Shown: positions 58,702 to 64,000 of the stretch, piece after piece
Layout of the letters: the number at the start of each line of letters is the position of its first letter
Position numbering within the stretch: the stretch's first letter is position 1
Assembly (NCBI GenBank): GCA_910588065.1
Contig: CAJUPZ010000013.1
Location: forward strand, 8,142-72,141
Direction of reading: 5' to 3'
Length of the DNA: 64,000 nucleotides
Source: an uncultured Muribaculaceae bacterium
GTDB lineage: Bacteria > Bacteroidota > Bacteroidia > Bacteroidales > Muribaculaceae
Made by a program: the position numbers and the translations under genes
The notes under the pieces: generated by a model
The model's input: only the letters and a program-made list of their open reading frames with translations
What the model was told of the DNA's origin: nothing
Database searches by the model: none

Positions 58702-59730
58702 ATGACTCAAGACGATTTTGACATACGTGCGGCACGCGAAGGCGTTGACCGCGACAAAGATATAGAAAAGGCGCTCCGCCCGTCGGAGTTTGACTCTTTC
58801 AGCGGGCAGGACAAAATTGTCGAAAACCTCAAGGTGTTTGTCGCCGCCGCGCGTATGCGTGGTGAGGCTCTCGACCATCTGCTGCTCCACGGCCCTCCCG
58901 GACTCGGCAAAACAACCCTCAGCGGCATTATTGCAAATGAGCTGGGGGTTGGCTTCAAGGTGACATCAGGGCCGGTGCTCGACAAGCCCGGTGACCTGGC
59001 CGGAATTCTCACTTCACTGGAGGAGAATGATGTACTTTTCATCGACGAAATCCACCGCCTGAGCCCGGTAGTGGAGGAGTATCTGTACTCGGCGATGGAG
59101 GACTACCGGATTGACATAATGATTGACAAGGGACCCGGTGCACGCTCGGTGCAGCTGTCGCTAAGCCCTTTCACGCTCATAGGAGCGACCACACGCAGCG
59201 GCCTGCTGACATCGCCATTGCGTGCGCGCTTCGGCATAAACTGTCATCTGGAGTACTACGACCACGAGGTGCTTCAGCGCATTATCCTGCGCTCGGCCTC
59301 GCTCCTTGGAGTAAGGTGCACTGACGATGCCGCCCGCGAGATTGCATTGCGCAGCCGCGGCACCCCGCGTATTGCAAACGCACTGCTGAGGCGTGTGCGC
59401 GACTTCGCGCAGGTGAAGGGCTCCGGCACCATCGACCCGCCGATAGCTTGCTATGCCCTTGAGGCGCTGAATATCGACAAATATGGTCTCGACGAGATTG
59501 ACAACAAGATTCTTACAACAATCATAACTAAATTCAACGGCGGACCGGTGGGACTCGGCACCATCGCCACAGCCCTCGGGGAAGACCCCGGCACTGTGGA
59601 GGAAGTGTATGAGCCATTCCTCATCAAGGAGGGATTCATCAAGCGCACTCCCCGCGGCAGAGAGGTGACCGACCTGGCTTACATCCACCTCGGCCACAAC
59701 CGCAATTCTGCAACCGGCTCGCTGTTCTGA
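58702..59730 (+). CDS. ruvB: Holliday junction branch migration helicase RuvB
   Basis: Walker [10 protein letters not shown], Walker B LFIDEIHR, sensor TTRSGLL. Confidence 0.95.
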   Translation: MTQDDFDIRAAREGVDRDKDIEKALRPSEFDSFSGQDKIVENLKVFVAAARMRGEALDHLLLHGPPGLGKTTLSGIIANELGVGFKVTSGPVLDKPGDLAGILTSLEENDVLFIDEIHRLSPVVEEYLYSAMEDYRIDIMIDKGPGARSVQLSLSPFTLIGATTRSGLLTSPLRARFGINCHLEYYDHEVLQRIILRSASLLGVRCTDDAAREIALRSRGTPRIANALLRRVRDFAQVKGSGTIDPPIACYALEALNIDKYGLDEIDNKILTTIITKFNGGPVGLGTIATALGEDPGTVEEVYEPFLIKEGFIKRTPRGREVTDLAYIHLGHNRNSATGSLF

Positions 59731-59737
59731 CTCTGAT

Positions 59738-61237
59738 ATGGCTTCAATAAAAAGTCTTGCAAAGGACACTGCCGTGTATGGCCTCAGCAGTATCATCGGA
59801 CGGTTTCTCAACTGGCTGCTGGTGCCGCTGTACACCAACATGTTTGCCGAAGAGCAATATGGCGTGGTGACATACGTCTATGCCATTGTGGCGGTGGCTC
59901 TGCTGGTGCTGACATACGGCATGGAAACCGGCTTCTTCCGGTTTGCTAACCATGAGCGCTACTCCGACCCCATGGAGGTGTACTCTACATCGATGACGTC
60001 GCTTGCGGTCAGTTCATCGCTCTTTTTCGCACTGGTGTGCATTTTCATCAGCCCGGTAAGCGAGGCGATGGAGTGTGGCGCCAACCACTCCTTCGTGCTG
60101 CTCATGGCAGCCACAGTGGCCATTGATGCCTTCACGGCACTGCCGTTCTCATATCTCCGCTACCGACGCCGGCCGATGCGCTTCGCAGCCCTTAAGCTTA
60201 TTGGCATTGCTCTCAATATCGGCTTCAACATCTTCTTCATACTCATCTGCCCGTGGCTCTGGGAGGAGGCTCCCGGAACAATAGCCTGGTTCTATGACCC
60301 CACATTCGGCATAGGCTACATTTTCCTTGCAAATTTCATCAGCTCGGCGGTGATGCTGCTGCTGTTGATTCCGGATTTCACGGGATTCAGATGGCGATGG
60401 AACACCGCTTTGTGGCGCGAGATGCTCGCCTACTCGTTTCCCCTGCTAATTCTCGGTGTAGCCGGGGTGATGAACCAGACACTTGACAAAATTCTGCTGC
60501 CATGGCTGGTGCCTGACAAGGCTGACGCGTTGGCTCAGGTGGGCATATACGGCGCCAACTATAAGATTGCTGTGGTGATGGTGATGTTCATCCAGGCGTT
60601 CCGGTTTGCCTACGAGCCCTTCATCTTCGCCCAGAACAAGGCTGCGGGTGCTGACAAGAACCAGGCCTTCTGCGATGCCATGAAATATTTCGTGATATTC
60701 GCAATGGTGATATTTCTCGGGGTGATGTTCTACCTCGATATACTGCGCCACTTCATAGCCCCGGCGTACTTCTCAGGCCTCAAGGTGGTGCCCATTGTGA
60801 TGCTCGCCGAATTTTTCTTCGGGGTGTTCTTCAACCTGTCCCTGTGGTACAAACTCACCGACCGCACCATCTGGGGCACATGGTTCTCTCTCATAGGCCT
60901 CGCCATTACCCTGGTAATGAATCTGCTGTTTGTGCCCCGTTTCGGCTACATAGCCTGCGCGTGGGCTGCATTCACCTGCTATGGGGCAATGATGCTGCTG
61001 TCATACTTCATCGGACGACGCAAACATCCTATTGACTACGATGTCAAATCCATTCTGATATACTTCTTCACAGCCATTGCGCTGTATGGCCTCGCCACGG
61101 CCGCCACAACAGCAAGCCAATGGATAAACATGCCGCTGCGCACCCTGCTGCTTGTCATCTTCGTAGCATTCGCTTTCAAGCGCGAGCATCTGAGCCTGCG
61201 CGGCCTGATTCCCCTACCTAAAAATCACCGAGCATGA
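59738..61237 (+). CDS. polysaccharide/oligosaccharide flippase (MOP superfamily)
   Basis: 499 aa, about 12-14 TM segments, with an N-terminal SLAKDTAVYGLSSIIGRFLNWLLVPLYT pattern. Confidence 0.75.
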   Translation: MASIKSLAKDTAVYGLSSIIGRFLNWLLVPLYTNMFAEEQYGVVTYVYAIVAVALLVLTYGMETGFFRFANHERYSDPMEVYSTSMTSLAVSSSLFFALVCIFISPVSEAMECGANHSFVLLMAATVAIDAFTALPFSYLRYRRRPMRFAALKLIGIALNIGFNIFFILICPWLWEEAPGTIAWFYDPTFGIGYIFLANFISSAVMLLLLIPDFTGFRWRWNTALWREMLAYSFPLLILGVAGVMNQTLDKILLPWLVPDKADALAQVGIYGANYKIAVVMVMFIQAFRFAYEPFIFAQNKAAGADKNQAFCDAMKYFVIFAMVIFLGVMFYLDILRHFIAPAYFSGLKVVPIVMLAEFFFGVFFNLSLWYKLTDRTIWGTWFSLIGLAITLVMNLLFVPRFGYIACAWAAFTCYGAMMLLSYFIGRRKHPIDYDVKSILIYFFTAIALYGLATAATTASQWINMPLRTLLLVIFVAFAFKREHLSLRGLIPLPKNHRA

Positions 61238-62634
61238 ACAATAATTTCGCAACCCGCCTATCCAATTTCTTCATAAACTACTTCACCCTCACCCAGGACC
61301 TTGTGCCTCAGGCTGAGGCGGAGCAGAGCATACGCGAGGGGGTGTCTTTCCGCGGAACGAACATCCTCATACTCATTGTGGCGGTGCTCATAGCCTCGCT
61401 AGGACTCAACACCAACTCCACCGCCGTAATCATCGGCGCGATGCTCATCTCTCCCCTCATGGGTCCTATCATCGGCCTCGGGCTGGGGGTGGGAGTCCAC
61501 GACTTCGAGCTGATAAAGCGCTGTCTGCGCAACCTGTGCATGGCAGCCGGCTTCAGTGTGCTCGCATCCACGCTCTACTTCCTCATATCGCCGGTCAATG
61601 AAGGCCACAGCGAGCTCCTTGCGCGCACATCGCCGACAATATATGATGTTCTGATCGGATTTTTCGGCGGTGCGGCCGGCATCATAGGCCTCGGCAGCAA
61701 AAACAAAGGCAATGTGATACCCGGAGTGGCCATAGCCACAGCCCTAATGCCGCCGCTGTGCACAGCCGGCTACGGCCTTGCAACATGGCAGCTCAACTAT
61801 TTTTTCGGAGCTTTCTACCTCTTTGTCATCAACTCGATATACATAGCCTTCGCCACTTTCATCGGCGTCAAACTGTTCAAATACAAGGGTGAGAGTGCGG
61901 TTGACAACAGCCGTGCGAACCGTGTGCGCAAGATTGTATATTGCGTGGCGGTGCTCACAATGCTGCCGAGCATCTGGCTCACATACCGTATGCTGCAGGA
62001 CAACAAATTTCAGGTCAACGCCAATGCCTTTGTTGCCCGCGAGTGCGTATTTCCGGCAACCCAGGTGCTCAGCCGCGAGGCTTATATTCAGAACGGACAG
62101 AAGTACATACGCATAGCGCTCATGGGCAAGATTCTCCCCGCCGACTCACTCAACGCCGCCCTAAGCTCACGCCTCGACTTCTTCAACCTCAAAGGCACCA
62201 AACTGATAATAGTGCAGGGCGATGCGGTCAACACCGGATCGGCAATGACCTCCTCGGCGAGCGACATCTACCAGCTTGCCCAGGCTACAATCACCCGTCA
62301 GCAAACAGAAATCGACTCACTGCGCCAGCTGCTGAACAGCGAGAATTCAGCCCGCGCCATCGGCCTCAGAATATCGCCTGAGCTAAAAGTGCTCTTTCCC
62401 CAGGTAAAGGATATAGCAATCGCATCAACAGTTTTTGCCGGAGTGGAGAGCGAGCGGCTTGACACGGCGAATGTCGCCCTGGTTAGCTATTCGGCAAAAA
62501 TGACCGCCGCTCAGTCTGCCAAATTCAAGGACTATCTCAAGGCCCGCCTCGGATTGCCTGCAATAAACATTGTGGAGGTGAGTCCGACTGTAGCCCGCAC
62601 CCCCGGTTCAACCCTCCAAAAAGCCACACCATGA
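61234..62634 (+). CDS. DUF389 (TIGR00341-like) membrane protein
   Basis: STAVIIGAMLISPLMGPIIGLGLG and GVAIATALMPPLC motifs. ATGA overlap upstream. Confidence 0.75.
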   Translation: MNNNFATRLSNFFINYFTLTQDLVPQAEAEQSIREGVSFRGTNILILIVAVLIASLGLNTNSTAVIIGAMLISPLMGPIIGLGLGVGVHDFELIKRCLRNLCMAAGFSVLASTLYFLISPVNEGHSELLARTSPTIYDVLIGFFGGAAGIIGLGSKNKGNVIPGVAIATALMPPLCTAGYGLATWQLNYFFGAFYLFVINSIYIAFATFIGVKLFKYKGESAVDNSRANRVRKIVYCVAVLTMLPSIWLTYRMLQDNKFQVNANAFVARECVFPATQVLSREAYIQNGQKYIRIALMGKILPADSLNAALSSRLDFFNLKGTKLIIVQGDAVNTGSAMTSSASDIYQLAQATITRQQTEIDSLRQLLNSENSARAIGLRISPELKVLFPQVKDIAIASTVFAGVESERLDTANVALVSYSAKMTAAQSAKFKDYLKARLGLPAINIVEVSPTVARTPGSTLQKATP

Positions 62635-63878
62635 AAGTAGCCCTCATCTGCAACAGCGACCTTCTCGGCGGAGCCGCCATCGTTACCTTCCGCCTCATGC
62701 AGGCACTCCGTCTGCAAGGGGTGGATGCCCGCATGATTGTTTATACAAAGCTCAGCGACAGCCCGCAAGTGGAGGTTGTCGGCAGCCGATTCGTGCGCGG
62801 CGTGTATTTCATGTGGGAGCGGCTGCGCATTTATGCTGCCAACGGATTCAGCCGCGATGACCTTTTCAAGGTGTCCATAGCCAACGTGGGCTATCCCATC
62901 CACCGCCACCCGTGGGTGAAGGAGAGCGATGTCGTCGCTCTCAACTGGATAAACCAGGGGCTCGCATCGCTCGATGGAATCAGGAAACTGGGTCGTTCCG
63001 GCAAGCCTATTGTGTGGACCATGCACGATATGTGGAACTGCACCGGAATATGCCACCATGCCTACGAATGCACCCGTTACAGGGAATCATGCGGCAAATG
63101 CCCGTTCCTCGGCAGCGATAAGCCTGACGACCTGTCGCACAAAGTGTGGCTACGGAAAAAAGAGCTGTACAACAGTGTGCCCATCCACTTTGTGGCGGTG
63201 AGCAACTGGCTTGCCGACCGCTGCGCGGCAAGCTCACTGCTGCGCAACCGCAGCGTGAGTGTGATTCCCAACGCCTTTCCGGTGGAGACATTTGCCACCG
63301 AAAGCGCAACAACCCCGATGCTGCCCGGCATAGACTTCAGGCGCGACCTGATTCTAATGGGTGCAGCCCGGCTTGACGACCCGATCAAGGGTATAGAATA
63401 TGCCATCAGTGCTCTTAACACTATCTTTGACAACAATCCCGAGGTGTCAAAACGCTCGATGGCGGTGTTCTTCGGAAATCTCAATAACCCCGGGCTGCTC
63501 GATAGCCTGCGATTTCCCCATATATGGGTCGGGCGCATCAACGATCCCGCTCTGCTGAGGTCGCTTTACGCTTGTGCAAAAGTGGTGCTCAGCACCTCGC
63601 TCTACGAAACCCTCCCCGGCACACTCATCGAGGGGCAGGCATCCGGCTGTGTGCCGGTGTCGTTCGGCCTTGGCGGCCAGCGCGACATTGTGACCCACAA
63701 GAAAGATGGTTACATAGCCCGCTACAAAGACCCCGAGGATATTGCCAACGGTATTGTCTGGGCTCTCGGTGCCGGCATTGACCGCAGACAGCTTCACGAG
63801 AGTGTCAGCGAAAGGTTTGCCGCCTCAAGCATCGCTGCCCGTTACATCAGGCTTTTTGAAGATTTAATCAATAAATGA
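62631..63878 (+). CDS. glycosyltransferase (GT-B fold, family 4-like)
   Basis: C-terminal E..P.TL.E motif region (SLYETLPGTLIEGQASGCVPV). ATGA overlap upstream. Confidence 0.8.
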   Translation: MKVALICNSDLLGGAAIVTFRLMQALRLQGVDARMIVYTKLSDSPQVEVVGSRFVRGVYFMWERLRIYAANGFSRDDLFKVSIANVGYPIHRHPWVKESDVVALNWINQGLASLDGIRKLGRSGKPIVWTMHDMWNCTGICHHAYECTRYRESCGKCPFLGSDKPDDLSHKVWLRKKELYNSVPIHFVAVSNWLADRCAASSLLRNRSVSVIPNAFPVETFATESATTPMLPGIDFRRDLILMGAARLDDPIKGIEYAISALNTIFDNNPEVSKRSMAVFFGNLNNPGLLDSLRFPHIWVGRINDPALLRSLYACAKVVLSTSLYETLPGTLIEGQASGCVPVSFGLGGQRDIVTHKKDGYIARYKDPEDIANGIVWALGAGIDRRQLHESVSERFAASSIAARYIRLFEDLINK

Positions 63879-63879
63879 T

Positions 63880-64000
63880 ATGCAGACAGTTCTTTTCCAC
63901 TCAACCATATTCGGCCCCATACACAGCCGTCGTCTCGGCACCTCGCTGGGGGTCAATCTGTCGCCGACAGACGGCAAGGTGTGCTCTTTCGACTGCCTCT
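63880..64000 (+). CDS. radical SAM-like protein (partial, N-terminus only)
   Basis: Manual translation gives MQTVLFHSTIFGPIHSRRLGTSLGVNLSPTDGKVCSFDCL, the start of a CxxxCxxC motif. Runs off the window. Confidence 0.5.
   Translation, partial: MQTVLFHSTIFGPIHSRRLGTSLGVNLSPTDGKVCSFDCL

Overview
This is a chromosomal window from a Bacteroidales-type genome with fairly high G+C. The lineage call rests on four things: TAnnTTTG -7 promoter boxes 17-55 nt upstream of most first genes, a T9SS C-terminal-sorting-domain protein, an hmuY-hmuR-hmuS-type haem locus, and a CfxA/CblA-like class A beta-lactamase. The species cannot be named from sequence alone. There are about 54 tightly packed protein-coding genes with many 1-4 nt stop/start overlaps. 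Most are core functions: pssA-psd, dapB-lepB-wbqC, rdgB, leuS, nadA, upp, gap, mscL, RNase HI and HII, aroK, argS, pyrG-yidC, ferritin, ruvB, aquaporin, tcdA, and a cell-envelope glycan cluster at the 3' end. Accessory-looking content includes a class A beta-lactamase. It also includes a four-domain CoA-disulfide-reductase/rhodanese/TusA/DsrE fusion with a divergent LysR regulator. The third accessory item is a haem-uptake locus (lipocalin-like lipoprotein, hmuY, hmuR, hmuS, hmuT/U/V-like genes) with a divergent hemerythrin/RIC-LuxR regulator. I recognise no rRNA, tRNA, CRISPR array, transposase, integrase or known defence genes. The only sequence the gene map does not explain is a family of GC-rich mosaic repeats. 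It is confined to two intergenic sites (37285-37856 and 48631-49472) that bracket the haem locus. These sites contain 72-bp modules in inverted orientation, a perfect 230-bp tandem duplication carrying opposed terminator-like hairpins, and a ~21-nt direct repeat that duplicates the 3' end of tcdA. I did not find a convincing new protein-coding system. The repeat family and the di-iron/LuxR regulator are the strongest leads. All family assignments come from reading translations and motifs by eye; no database search was possible.
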